Shown: positions 16,984 through 25,716 of the stretch, piece by piece
Position numbering within the stretch: the first letter of the stretch is position 1
How the letters are laid out: every line of letters begins with the position of its first letter
Source: Acidimicrobiia bacterium
Lineage (GTDB): Bacteria; Actinomycetota; Acidimicrobiia; Spongiisociales; ZC4RG35
Direction: 5' to 3'
Length of the DNA: 64,000 nucleotides
NCBI GenBank assembly: GCA_035462175.1
Contig: DATHUP010000051.1
Span: forward strand, 4,418 to 68,417
Notes under the pieces: generated by a model
Seen by the model: the letters and a program-made list of their open reading frames with translations, nothing else
What the model was told of the DNA's origin: nothing
The model's database searches: none
Position numbers and translations under genes: made by a program

Positions 16984-17970
16984 TCAGGCTGGAGGCGGGG
17001 GATTGACCTGCAACTCGAAGGTCGTCGTGCCGTGTATCGCCTCGTACCCGAGGTTCTCGTAGAGACTGAATGCGCCGGTCGGGTTCTCGGCGTCGACTCC
17101 GATCATGGTGTGGGTCAGACCTGCGTCTCGAAACGCGACGAAAGAAGTGGCGAGCAGAGCCTTGGCCACTCCCTTGCCCCGCCAGGGCCGCAGCACTGCC
17201 AGGGTCATCACCCATCCCTCGCGGCGTCCGGTGACTGCCTCGTCTTCGGGGTACACGGCATTGAGGCACACCCCGACCACCTCGTCTCCGGCCAGGGCCA
17301 GAAAAGAGAGGTCGAGACGGCTGCCTTCGCCTTCGAGACGGTGACGGAACGTGTCGGCGTCGACCGGCGTCGAGCCCCAGTGGTCGCGGAATGCCTCGTT
17401 GGTGGCGATACGGGCACGCTCGTCGAGCTCACGGTCCCAGGGGACGATTTCGATCCCGGGGACGGCGGCGATTTCCACCGCAACGTCGAGCGGCCGGAGC
17501 ATCTCTCTCATGTAGCGGACCGGCTTCAGCCCGAAACGTCGATGAAGACGGTGGGCGTCTTCGATCCAGTCCCACTCGTTGGCCCTTATGTACCAGGGAA
17601 GCGACGGTTCGCACCCGGCCAGACTCTCCCGGGCCCGGTCGATCTCCCAGGCCAGGAGGTGTCTCCCGATCCCCTGGCCTCGGAAGTCGGGATCGACCAG
17701 ACCCATGAGGTAGGCCCGTTCCTGGCGCTCCCCACTGGGGCGATGCCATACGAACCCGTAGGCCACCATTTTCCCGTCGAGCCAATAGCCCCGGGTGTCG
17801 ACGGAGAGATCGGTGAACGGCTCGGTCATCTCGTCTTCGACGACCGACTCCGAGGAGACGAGGGGCAATTGCCAATGCCGCTCGAACCGGTTGATCAGCC
17901 TGGTGAGCTCGGGGATGTCGTCGAGGGTGAGTGCCCGGATTTCCATGGCGTCAAGGTATTGCCCCGGCAC
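16984..17970 (-). CDS. GNAT N-acetyltransferase with two tandem GNAT domains (MshD-like architecture)
   Basis: Two acetyltransferase cores (VDPDFRGQGIGRHLL and VLRPWRGKGVAKALL). Size and architecture resemble mycothiol synthase. An alternative ATG lies at 17946. Confidence 0.75.
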   Translation of the reverse strand: MPGQYLDAMEIRALTLDDIPELTRLINRFERHWQLPLVSSESVVEDEMTEPFTDLSVDTRGYWLDGKMVAYGFVWHRPSGERQERAYLMGLVDPDFRGQGIGRHLLAWEIDRARESLAGCEPSLPWYIRANEWDWIEDAHRLHRRFGLKPVRYMREMLRPLDVAVEIAAVPGIEIVPWDRELDERARIATNEAFRDHWGSTPVDADTFRHRLEGEGSRLDLSFLALAGDEVVGVCLNAVYPEDEAVTGRREGWVMTLAVLRPWRGKGVAKALLATSFVAFRDAGLTHTMIGVDAENPTGAFSLYENLGYEAIHGTTTFELQVNPPPPA

Positions 17971-18032
17971 GACTGGTGCCGTCCAATTTGTCGACGACCA
18001 ACCCTGGTCTCCAGCCTCATACCATCGGATCG

Positions 18033-18959
18033 ATGAGAGCTTTCCGTTTCGGCGCCCAGCTCGGGGCGACCACAGGCGACGAGTGGCTACACCAGCTCGG
18101 TTCGGCAGCGGACCTCGGGTATTCGATCGTCACCCTCGCCGATCACTTCGGGGGACGGTTGGCACCGCTCACCGCCCTGGCCGCTGCCGTCGGTCGGACC
18201 GAGCTCCGTCTAGGCACTCTTGTCCTCGCCAACGACTTCCGTCACCCGGCGGTGCTGGCCAAAGAGATCGCCAGCCTGGACCGGTTGTCGGGGGGGCGCT
18301 GCGAGCTCGGAATCGGCGCCGGTTGGCTGGCCGAGGACTATCTGGCCTCGGGGATCCCGATGGAGGCCCCTGGGGTTCGGATCGATCGGCTGGAGGAGGC
18401 GATAGCCATCGTCAAGGGTCTGTGGGGAGAGAGCCGCTTCAGCTACCAGGGCCGGCACTACTCGGTCGATCTCGACGGCGAACCCAAGCCGGTGCAGAGG
18501 CCCCATCCACCGCTCCTCATCGCCGGCGGCAGCGAGAGGATCCTGAAGCTGGCGGGCCGGGAAGCCGACATCGTCGGGATCAGCGTTCGTCTCGACGAGG
18601 GTCACCGCGCCCAACTCGACAAGGGCGTGGTCTCGGCGACGGGTGATCTGGTCGAGCAGAAGCTGAAGTGGATCCGGGACGGAGCCGGAGACAGATATGA
18701 CGACCTCGAGCTCAACGTCCTCGTGTTCGAGGCTCATGTGACCGACTCTCCCAGGGCCGTCCTCGACCGGATCGGCAACGAGACCGGGACCGATCCGGAG
18801 GTGGTCGGGCAGTCGCCTCAGGTGCTGGTGGGCTCGGTCGAGGAGATCTGCGAGACGATGGAGCGACGCCGGGAGCTGTTCGGGATCTCCTACTACACCT
18901 TCTACGAGCCGGACCTGGTCACCATGGCCCCCGTGGTGGAGAGGCTCACCGGCGTTTAG
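18033..18959 (+). CDS. luciferase-like monooxygenase family, probable F420-dependent oxidoreductase
   Basis: MRAFRFGAQL.., LGTLVLANDFRHPAVLAKEIASLDRLSGGRCELGIGAGW is typical of the LLM class. Start set at ATG 18033. Confidence 0.8.
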   Translation: MRAFRFGAQLGATTGDEWLHQLGSAADLGYSIVTLADHFGGRLAPLTALAAAVGRTELRLGTLVLANDFRHPAVLAKEIASLDRLSGGRCELGIGAGWLAEDYLASGIPMEAPGVRIDRLEEAIAIVKGLWGESRFSYQGRHYSVDLDGEPKPVQRPHPPLLIAGGSERILKLAGREADIVGISVRLDEGHRAQLDKGVVSATGDLVEQKLKWIRDGAGDRYDDLELNVLVFEAHVTDSPRAVLDRIGNETGTDPEVVGQSPQVLVGSVEEICETMERRRELFGISYYTFYEPDLVTMAPVVERLTGV

Positions 18960-19788
18960 GGGCGAGCAGGCCGTCGACGATGTCGGGTAACACATCGCCG
19001 ATGGCGGCGTCCAACTTGACCGAGGCAAGCATGTCCGCCTCGGTGGCTCCCCTGTTGACGACGACGATGGGGAGCGAGCGAAGGGCGCCGCGCATCACCA
19101 CGTCCGACGCCGGCCACACCGCGACGGTGGATCCCAGGACGAGAAGGGCGTCGGACATGGCCAGGAACTGCATCGCCTTGCCCATCTCCCGCTCGGGGAG
19201 GAGCTCGCCGAACATGACCGTGGCCGTCTTCACCATCCCGCCGCAGTCGGGGCAGTCCGGGTCCAGCTCTCCCGCCTCCACCCTGGTGAGAACGTCCTCG
19301 GTGGCCCAGGTCGAGCCGCAATCCACACAATGACTCCCCCGCACGTTCCCGTGCAGCTCGGCCACCATGTCGTCGTCGAGACCCGACTCGTGGTGGAGAC
19401 CGTCGACGTTCTGGGTCACTACCCCGGCCAGCCTCCCCCCGTCGGCCAGACGTTTGATCGCCTGGTGACCGGAGTTCGGCCGGACCGTCGACCGCGCCCC
19501 CCACAACTCGCCGTCGAGATGCATCTTCCAGCCCTTCATCCTCAGCTCGGCGCTGGCCCTGAACCGATCGATGTGGAAGTCCTCGGGGTCGACCTTGGTC
19601 CACAGCCCGTCGGGGCCGCGGAAGTCGGGGATGCCCGACTCGGTCGAGATCCCGGCACCGGTGAAGACCAAGATCCTCGATGCCGGTCTGAGGATCTCGA
19701 TCGCCAACCCGATGTCGTCGTTTCTGCTCACAACTGGATTATCCGGTTGGGAAGGGACTATCTCAACGAGACCGCGGTTTCCAACCAA
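18946..19788 (-). CDS. NAD-dependent protein deacylase, Sir2 family
   Basis: VFTGAGISTESGIPDFRGPDGLW, QNVDGLH, and the zinc ribbon CVDCGS..CPDCGG. Confidence 0.88.
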   Translation of the reverse strand: MVGNRGLVEIVPSQPDNPVVSRNDDIGLAIEILRPASRILVFTGAGISTESGIPDFRGPDGLWTKVDPEDFHIDRFRASAELRMKGWKMHLDGELWGARSTVRPNSGHQAIKRLADGGRLAGVVTQNVDGLHHESGLDDDMVAELHGNVRGSHCVDCGSTWATEDVLTRVEAGELDPDCPDCGGMVKTATVMFGELLPEREMGKAMQFLAMSDALLVLGSTVAVWPASDVVMRGALRSLPIVVVNRGATEADMLASVKLDAAIGDVLPDIVDGLLAPKRR

Positions 19789-19819
19789 AGGCTCACTGCT
19801 CGGGGCTTACGATGACCCG

Positions 19820-20212
19820 GTGAACCGAGCAGACGTCCGCACCTGGCTCGACGGCTATGTCGAGGCGTGGAGGAGCAGGGACCCCGAGCAGATCGGTGCC
19901 TTGTTCACCGAGGACGCGCTCTACCGCTACCGGCCCTATCCGGGGGGTAGGACCCTCTACGGGAACGCCGACATCATCCAGGCCTGGCTTGCCCACTCCG
20001 ACGGTCCCGACGACTGGGAGGCGTCCTATCAGGTCTTCACCGTCGAGGGAGACCGTGCGGTGGCGGTGGGGACCACCCGCTACTTCGGCACCGACGAGGT
20101 GCCCGATGACGTCTTCCACAACTGTTTCCTGCTCAGGTTCGGAGCCAACGGCCGTTGCGCCGAGTTCACCGAGTACTGGATGCCCGAACCGAAGGAGGAT
20201 GAGCCGGGATGA
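19820..20212 (+). CDS. SnoaL-like / NTF2-fold protein
   Basis: VRTWLDGYVEAWRSRDPEQIGALFTEDALYRY is typical of the SnoaL_2 family. The conserved part has no ATG. GTG at 19820 is the proposed start and is uncertain. Confidence 0.6.
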   Translation: MNRADVRTWLDGYVEAWRSRDPEQIGALFTEDALYRYRPYPGGRTLYGNADIIQAWLAHSDGPDDWEASYQVFTVEGDRAVAVGTTRYFGTDEVPDDVFHNCFLLRFGANGRCAEFTEYWMPEPKEDEPG

Positions 20213-21435
20213 CCGATCCCGAGTCGGAGATGATGCGTCTGGGCTGGGATCCGAAGGACGGGCTCGATTCTCTCAAGCCACCCCTCTTCCACACCTCCAC
20301 CTTCGTCTTCGACTCTTCGCGATCAGCCGAGCGCCTCTTCGACATCGTTTACGGGGGCGAGAAACCGGAGCCGGGCGAGGACGTGGGGTTCATCTACACG
20401 AGGATGGATCATCCCAATCTGGTCATCGTGGAGGGCCGTCTCGCCGTCTGGGATGGAGCCGAAGCCGCCCTCCTCTTCTCCAGCGGAGTCTCGGCCATCT
20501 TCACCACGTTCCTGACCCACGTCCGTCCCGGCACCCTGATCCTTCACAGCACGCCGTTGTACGGGGGCACCAACACCATGCTCTACGAGGTGTTGGCGCC
20601 GCTCGGCTACGAGTTGGCGTCGTTCGGCCCGGGGGCGAGCCGCTCCGAGATCGAGTCCCTGGTGGGCGACCGGAGCCTCGGCGCCGTGTATGTGGAGACC
20701 CCGGCCAACCCGAGCAACGCCGTGTTCGACATCGAGCTCGCCTCCAGTGTCGCCGCCGACGCCTCGACCTCCGGCCACGCGGTTCCCACCATCGTGGACA
20801 ACACGTTTCTCGGGCCCTATGCGCAACGACCACTGCACAACGGGGCCGACCTGGTCGTCTACTCGGCGACCAAGTACTTCGGCGGCCACAGTGATCTCGT
20901 CGCCGGGGTGGTCACCGGGTCGACCCGGCTGATCGAGCCGCTCAAGACCATGCGCTACCGGATCGGGACCACGGCCGACGCCCACACCGCCTGGCTATTG
21001 GGACGGAGCATGGAGACCTACGCCATAAGGGTGGAGCGACAAACGGCGAACGCAGCCCGTGTCGCCGCGTTTCTCGAAGGGCACCCCAAGGTGGCGGTTG
21101 TGCGCTACCTCGGCCGGATAGACGACGACGACCCGCAGTCGGACCTGGCCAGACGGCAGTGGACTTCGGGAGGGGCGATGATCTCGTTCGACGTGGCGGG
21201 TGGTCGTGACGAGGCGTTCCGGTTGCTCGACTCCATGAGCCTGATCGTCAACACCACCTCCCTGGGCGGGACCGAGTCGATCGCCTGCCATCCCTGGAGC
21301 ACGACCCACTCCAATGTCGACGCCGAGACCAAGCGGGAGATCGGGGTCACCGAGGCCATGATCCGCCTTTCCATCGGGATCGAGACTGCCGATGACCTCA
21401 TCGCCGACCTCGACCGGGCACTAGCGCGAGTCTGA
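20209..21435 (+). CDS. Cys/Met-metabolism PLP-dependent enzyme (methionine gamma-lyase / cystathionine lyase-synthase family)
   Basis: PLP-lysine context YSATKYFGGHSDLVAG, C-terminal SLGGTESI and IRLSIGIE. ATGA overlap with the upstream gene. Confidence 0.88.
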   Translation: MTDPESEMMRLGWDPKDGLDSLKPPLFHTSTFVFDSSRSAERLFDIVYGGEKPEPGEDVGFIYTRMDHPNLVIVEGRLAVWDGAEAALLFSSGVSAIFTTFLTHVRPGTLILHSTPLYGGTNTMLYEVLAPLGYELASFGPGASRSEIESLVGDRSLGAVYVETPANPSNAVFDIELASSVAADASTSGHAVPTIVDNTFLGPYAQRPLHNGADLVVYSATKYFGGHSDLVAGVVTGSTRLIEPLKTMRYRIGTTADAHTAWLLGRSMETYAIRVERQTANAARVAAFLEGHPKVAVVRYLGRIDDDDPQSDLARRQWTSGGAMISFDVAGGRDEAFRLLDSMSLIVNTTSLGGTESIACHPWSTTHSNVDAETKREIGVTEAMIRLSIGIETADDLIADLDRALARV

Positions 21436-21499
21436 TCGCATAGGTCTATCAACCCATTCATCTCGGGGGCACTCCCGGCAATAATCAGCGACGGACGCG

Positions 21500-21749
21500 C
21501 TTGGGAGGCGCGAGTGAGGGAGAGGTATGAGTAACGGGCCGCTTGTCTTTCGGGGGCTCACCCGGATCGTCTCCCAACCGCGCCACCTCCACCGAGCCCG
21601 ACCGCTCCAGTCTTCTTCCGCCCGCGAATAGCGGTCGGGAGTAGCAGGTGCTCCTACCCAATGGAGCCAGCGGTGGGCGGCCCTTCGGGGCCGCCCCCGC
21701 CAACTGCCTTCCTAATGCATGGCGTCACGCATGTGTGACGCACTGCATT
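21500..21749. other. string of four GC-rich hairpins in a 324-nt convergent intergenic region (candidate structured RNA, family unknown)
   Basis: A long imperfect hairpin spans 21500-21592. CCCGACCGCT/AGCGGTCGGG lies at 21597-21639. GCGGTGGGCGGCCC-TTCG-GGGCCGCCCCCGC lies at 21670-21700. AATGCA..GCGTCAC-GCATGT-GTGACGC..TGCATT lies at 21714-21749. There is no credible ORF. Confidence 0.3.
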
Positions 21750-21759
21750 GAGAATGGGA

Positions 21760-22728
21760 TCAGTCTTCGGCGACGTGACGGGGAGGGAGGCCGACCCGCT
21801 CGTTCAATGCCTCGGCCCTGTCGTTGACGATTCGCCGGGCGATGCCATGGGCGGCATGGCTGAGCCACATCGCCGTGTGTGACGACTCGGAGTAGTCCGC
21901 CTCGCCGAACGCGTCGACCCGATCCTGTTCCAGGAGGCGCGCCGCCTGCTCGAACTCGCCCTGCGAGCCCGGCCGGTACACGGCGTAGGTGCGCCCGCCG
22001 TTGGCCTCCACGACCGAGAAGACCGGGACGTCCGATGGTCCGTCGGCGATGTAGATCATGTTCTGGAACGGGACCCTCCGGTCCTCTGGGGCCATCTTGG
22101 CGTTGACGTCGATCGCCGGATTCCTGTTGGTTCCCTTGTTGATCTCGAAGAGGGCCCGGGTCTTGCTGGTGTTGTCGATGGTGTAGATCAGCTGACGGAC
22201 CTCGCCGTCGGGCGAGAACAGCTGACCCTGCTGATCCCGATAGCCGGGTGGGGCGACCATCTCTGTGAACTCACAGGCCCACACGTCGTCCACGAACGGG
22301 GCGATCGCTGAACCGAGGATCATCTGACGAAGACCGGTGGACACGATGTAGTGCTCGACCTTGATCTGATGCTCGGCGAAGCGCGGCTCAGACTCGATCG
22401 ACTTGCGCACCTGCTCCAGGAAATCGGGGATACCCCGATGGAAGGTGATCTCGGCCCCGAGACTGCGCAAGAGGTCATTGCTCAGCCCTGGCATCCGCCC
22501 TTCACGCACATAGGTGAGGATGTGGTCCAGGTAGAGGCGGTCCCTGGCGATCAGGTCCGCACCTCTAGCCGTGTACCACTCTTCGAGACCGTCCACCTCG
22601 TCCCAGAAAGCGGCTTCTTCGATGCCGAAATGGCGGAACAGAGGGCCTTGCATGTTGCCCGGGATGAGTGTCTTGTCGAAGTCCCAGATAATGGCGATGA
22701 CCGTCTGGGGGAAGAGCTGTCGGTTCAT
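21760..22728 (-). CDS. HAD-superfamily hydrolase-like protein
   Basis: N-terminal DxDxT motif (IIWDFDKTLIPG) and a late acidic motif (IYIADGPSDVPVF). 322 aa with a large cap region. Confidence 0.65.
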   Translation of the reverse strand: MNRQLFPQTVIAIIWDFDKTLIPGNMQGPLFRHFGIEEAAFWDEVDGLEEWYTARGADLIARDRLYLDHILTYVREGRMPGLSNDLLRSLGAEITFHRGIPDFLEQVRKSIESEPRFAEHQIKVEHYIVSTGLRQMILGSAIAPFVDDVWACEFTEMVAPPGYRDQQGQLFSPDGEVRQLIYTIDNTSKTRALFEINKGTNRNPAIDVNAKMAPEDRRVPFQNMIYIADGPSDVPVFSVVEANGGRTYAVYRPGSQGEFEQAARLLEQDRVDAFGEADYSESSHTAMWLSHAAHGIARRIVNDRAEALNERVGLPPRHVAED

Positions 22729-22786
22729 GGAATTGCCTCGCTGACCCCGAGGCTATCCGGTTTTCCACAGGTGGCAATGGTGGGGG

Positions 22787-23251
22787 TCAGGCAGCAAGTC
22801 GCCCGGCGATCGCCTCGGCGAGCTCGGCGATCCCGGCGATCACGTCCGATGAGGGCTCCTCGAGACCGGAGAAGACGGTGACCGAGTACACCCGCCCGCC
22901 CGCCCTGACCACCAGCTCTCGGGCGCCGGTGTCGTTGGGGTAGAAGGCTTCGTCACCCAGATCGTCCACGTCGGTCACACCACCCCGGTTGTCCACGAAA
23001 CCTCGACGAGTCGAGTTCCAGTCGTCGGCCTCGCCGTAGTCGAACATGGTGACGGCGAGCACCGTCCCGCCCTCGATCGCGAAGTCGCAGTTGAGGAAGT
23101 CCCCTTCGACGCCTTCAGCCACGGTCCCTTCGAAGAAGCTCCCGACCATCTCGGCGTCGGCCAGATCGCAAGGTGAGGAGATCTCGTTCCCGCCGTCGCA
23201 GGCCACAGCCGACACGAGCACGAGGCCGACGAGCCAGATGGGTCTCGACAT
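22787..23251 (-). CDS. putative secreted lipoprotein
   Basis: Signal plus lipobox LVLVSAVACDGG. An acidic 154-aa protein with no recognised domain. Confidence 0.6.
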   Translation of the reverse strand: MSRPIWLVGLVLVSAVACDGGNEISSPCDLADAEMVGSFFEGTVAEGVEGDFLNCDFAIEGGTVLAVTMFDYGEADDWNSTRRGFVDNRGGVTDVDDLGDEAFYPNDTGARELVVRAGGRVYSVTVFSGLEEPSSDVIAGIAELAEAIAGRLAA

Positions 23252-23382
23252 TGTGTCCGAGAGTAGTGGTGCGCTTTGGGATGGGACCGAACTCGGAAAT
23301 GGGACTTTCTTGAGCCGGTCTTAGGGCGGTCTTGAGTCCCCGGGTGGCACCTTGACACTGGTCGAGAAAAGGAGTTGTCGCC

Positions 23383-23658
23383 ATGACCAAGGTTTGGATC
23401 GACGCCGACGCCTGCATGGGCGCCGGCACCTGCGCCCAGATCGTGTCCGATGTCTTTCAGGCACGGCACGATGGCACCTGGGCGGTCAAGGAGGAGTCGG
23501 CTCACTTCGGAGAGACCTTCGTGTTCGACGGGCTGGCCGGAGCTGGGCACGGCCCGGACGGTTTCGACGGAAAGGCCCGTATCCCGGAGAGCCTGGTGGA
23601 CCTCGTGGCCGAGGCCGCCGAAGAGTGCCCGGGCGAGTGCATCTTCGTGGAGCTCTAG
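23383..23658 (+). CDS. ferredoxin (single-cluster, actinobacterial 3Fe-4S/4Fe-4S type)
   Basis: IDADACMGAGTCAQIV (C-x5-C) and C-terminal ECPGECIFV (CP motif). RBS AAAGGAG lies upstream. The stop abuts the next start (TAGATG). Confidence 0.8.
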   Translation: MTKVWIDADACMGAGTCAQIVSDVFQARHDGTWAVKEESAHFGETFVFDGLAGAGHGPDGFDGKARIPESLVDLVAEAAEECPGECIFVEL

Positions 23659-24210
23659 ATGGGCCGGCCTGAACGCTCTCCAGCCGGAGCGAAGCGAAGC
23701 GTTTCGATCTCCGTGCTCGTCGGCCTGGTCTTGGTGCCCCTGAGCGCCTATGCCGCCACGATCCTGGTCGGCGACCGCACCCCGGCCGAATCGGAGGCGT
23801 CCATACCGGCGCCCGTGGCCACATCGGCGATTGTCACCGACTTCGCCACCCAGACCGCGAGCGCAGCCGACCTCGAAGCCGCCTGTGGCGATGCCGGGCT
23901 CGGCATGGTGTCTGCCGAGACAAGCGGCTCCATCGGCGGCATCGAGCAGGCGGCCCTGGACGCGCTGCGGGAGATCTGTGCCCAAGAAGGGATGCCCCTT
24001 CCCGGAAAGGCGGTGTCTCCACCCATCACCCAGACCGTGGTTCTCGCCGACAACGGGCCTGCCCCGAGGGTGGGGAGCGAGGTCGAGTGGGAGGTCGAAT
24101 ACGACGACGACTGGGACGACGACGACTGGGACGACGACGACTGGGACGACGACGACCGGGATGACGACGATCGGGATGACGACGATCGGGACGACGAGGA
24201 CGACGATTGA
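23659..24210 (+). CDS. membrane-anchored hypothetical protein with a polyacidic (DDDW)3(DDDR)3 C-terminal tail
   Basis: One N-terminal TM (VSISVLVGLVLVPLSAYAATILV), a roughly 110-aa unknown domain with 2 Cys, then YDDDWDDDDWDDDDWDDDDRDDDDRDDDDRDDEDDD. Confidence 0.6.
   Translation: MGRPERSPAGAKRSVSISVLVGLVLVPLSAYAATILVGDRTPAESEASIPAPVATSAIVTDFATQTASAADLEAACGDAGLGMVSAETSGSIGGIEQAALDALREICAQEGMPLPGKAVSPPITQTVVLADNGPAPRVGSEVEWEVEYDDDWDDDDWDDDDWDDDDRDDDDRDDDDRDDEDDD
24103..24207 (+). repeat. 15-nt tandem repeat, 7 units, in-frame within the CDS
   Basis: GACGACGACTGGGAC x3, then GACGACGACCGGGAT, GACGACGATCGGGAT, GACGACGATCGGGAC, and a degenerate GACGAGGACGACGAT. Confidence 0.9.
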
Positions 24211-24539
24211 GCCGTTTTCCCTTTCAGGTCGCGGCAGGGCTCCTCGTGCTGATCGCCGGGCTGGCAGTGGTCTACACCACCGTCGTCGCCCCGGAGCACG
24301 AGCAAGGCCCCGTCGTGCAGCGAGTGGTGTCCTCCTCGTCACCGACCCAGGTGGTCGAAATGCCCCCACCCACCCTGGAAGGAGTGGACCCGGTGGTGCA
24401 ACGCGTTCTGTTCGCGACCGGTAGGGCCGAGGCGTTCACCGCCGATGAGCTGACCCAGCTCCCGGCTGAGGTCGCCCGTGTCCTCGTGTTCTACGGGACA
24501 ACCATCACCGTCCCCATCGAGGCCGGAGCCGAGCCATGA
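24207..24539 (+). CDS. hypothetical single-TM protein
   Basis: TTG start overlaps the upstream stop (TTGA). One TM (VAAGLLVLIAGLAVVYTTVV) and an internal PVVQRV duplication. No domain recognised. Confidence 0.5.
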   Translation: MSRFPFQVAAGLLVLIAGLAVVYTTVVAPEHEQGPVVQRVVSSSSPTQVVEMPPPTLEGVDPVVQRVLFATGRAEAFTADELTQLPAEVARVLVFYGTTITVPIEAGAEP

Positions 24540-24874
24540 GCCGATTCGACGAGGGCCGGTGGAATCGGATCCTGATCTGGACCGGCGCAGCCCTGGCCTG
24601 GGGAACCGCCCTGATCGCAGCCCGGATAGACGAGAAGGCACAGCCAGAGCCGACCCAACCGTCGGAAGGCCAGATCGCCTCGGTCTTCCACCAATCGGCC
24701 CTGCCGGTGGCACCTGCCCAGGGCTTGGTGATACTGCGATTCACCCCCACGGAGACCCCCGAGCCTCGAGTGATCACGGTCGAGGTGGGGAGGGCCACAT
24801 CTCCGCAGTCACCCGCGCCGGCACCGGTGGTCACCCCACCGCCTGCACCCGAACCTTCGAGCAGTGGCTCATGA
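24536..24874 (+). CDS. hypothetical single-TM, Pro-rich protein
   Basis: ATGA overlap at both ends. One TM (ILIWTGAALAWGTALIAARI) and a P/T/E-rich tail. No domain recognised. Confidence 0.5.
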   Translation: MSRFDEGRWNRILIWTGAALAWGTALIAARIDEKAQPEPTQPSEGQIASVFHQSALPVAPAQGLVILRFTPTETPEPRVITVEVGRATSPQSPAPAPVVTPPPAPEPSSSGS

Positions 24875-25716
24875 TCCAGGTCACCTTCAATGCGATGGGT
24901 ACGGGGGTGGAGGCATGGTGCCCCGACGAGGCAGCGGCCGCCGGGCTGCGAGCGTGGTTCGAGGACGTCGAGGCGACGTGCAGCCGGTTTCGCCCTGATA
25001 GCGAATTGAGCCGGGTCAACCGGGCACCAGGCGCCGAAGTGGTCATCTCGCAGCGGTTCGCCGACGTGATGCGCGCTGCCGACAGGGCGCGAAGGCTGAC
25101 CGAGGGGCTCGTCGATGCCGGGGTGGGGGCGGCAGTGGCCGGTTGGGGGTACGACCGCAGCTTCGAGATGGTGCGGGGGCTGGACCAGGCCCCCTCGACC
25201 ATCCCGGCACCGCAGTGGGAGCTCCGTTCCCGGAATCTGCTCCGCCCTCCGCACACCCGCTTCGACCTGGGAGGCATCGCCAAGGGCTGGTCCTGTGATC
25301 GTGCCGTCGAGCTCGGGCTGGCCAGCGTCGTCTCCGCCGGCGGCGATATCAGAAGCAACGACCCGGAAACCACGGTTTCGGTTATCGATCCCTGGGGAGC
25401 GACCGCGGTTCGGATCCGGCTCGGAGAAGGGGGCCTGGCCACCAGCTCGACCGCGAGACGCCGATGGAAGGCGGGGACTCGCGAAGTCTCTCATGTGATC
25501 GATCCCAGGTCGATGGAGCCGGTCACCACGCCGATCCTGAGCGCGACTGTGGTCGCAGCATCGGCGGCGGATGCCGAGGCGGGGTCGAAAGCCGTGCTTC
25601 TCCATGGCGAGGACGGTCTGGCCTGGGCGGCGGAGCTCGACTGGATCGAGGCGGCGGTCGTCGTCTGGCACGACGGATCCGTCTATGCAACTCCCGGGAT
25701 CGAGGTGGCGGCGTGA
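24871..25716 (+). CDS. apbE: FAD:protein FMN transferase (ApbE family)
   Basis: Core ApbE sequence (SRFRPDSELSRVN, FDLGGIAKGW, GGDI, SGT-like region, HVIDPR). No signal peptide or lipobox at the N-terminus (MIQVTFNAMGT). Confidence 0.85.
   Translation: MIQVTFNAMGTGVEAWCPDEAAAAGLRAWFEDVEATCSRFRPDSELSRVNRAPGAEVVISQRFADVMRAADRARRLTEGLVDAGVGAAVAGWGYDRSFEMVRGLDQAPSTIPAPQWELRSRNLLRPPHTRFDLGGIAKGWSCDRAVELGLASVVSAGGDIRSNDPETTVSVIDPWGATAVRIRLGEGGLATSSTARRRWKAGTREVSHVIDPRSMEPVTTPILSATVVAASAADAEAGSKAVLLHGEDGLAWAAELDWIEAAVVVWHDGSVYATPGIEVAA

Noticed and set aside
21480-21720. tmRNA, RNase P RNA, SRP RNA or cobalamin riboswitch in the 21.5-kb spacer
   Set aside because: GCCACCUCCACC resembles a tmRNA 3' end, but there is no T-arm (GGUUCGA), tag ORF or 5' GGGG acceptor partner, and the spacer is too short. 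There is no GAGGAAAGUCCGGGC (RNase P), no GGAA-tetraloop/AGCA SRP domain IV, and no B12 box. It is kept only as an unclassified structured region.
23353-23358. TTGACA as the -35 box for the ferredoxin operon
   Set aside because: It lies only about 25 nt from the ATG and overlaps the RBS spacing. No matching -10 is present at the correct distance.
24103-24207. Possible CRISPR-like or other non-coding repeat array
   Set aside because: The period is only 15 nt with no spacers. It is in frame and lies inside a CDS, where it encodes a DDDW/DDDR tail. It is a coding microsatellite, not a CRISPR array.
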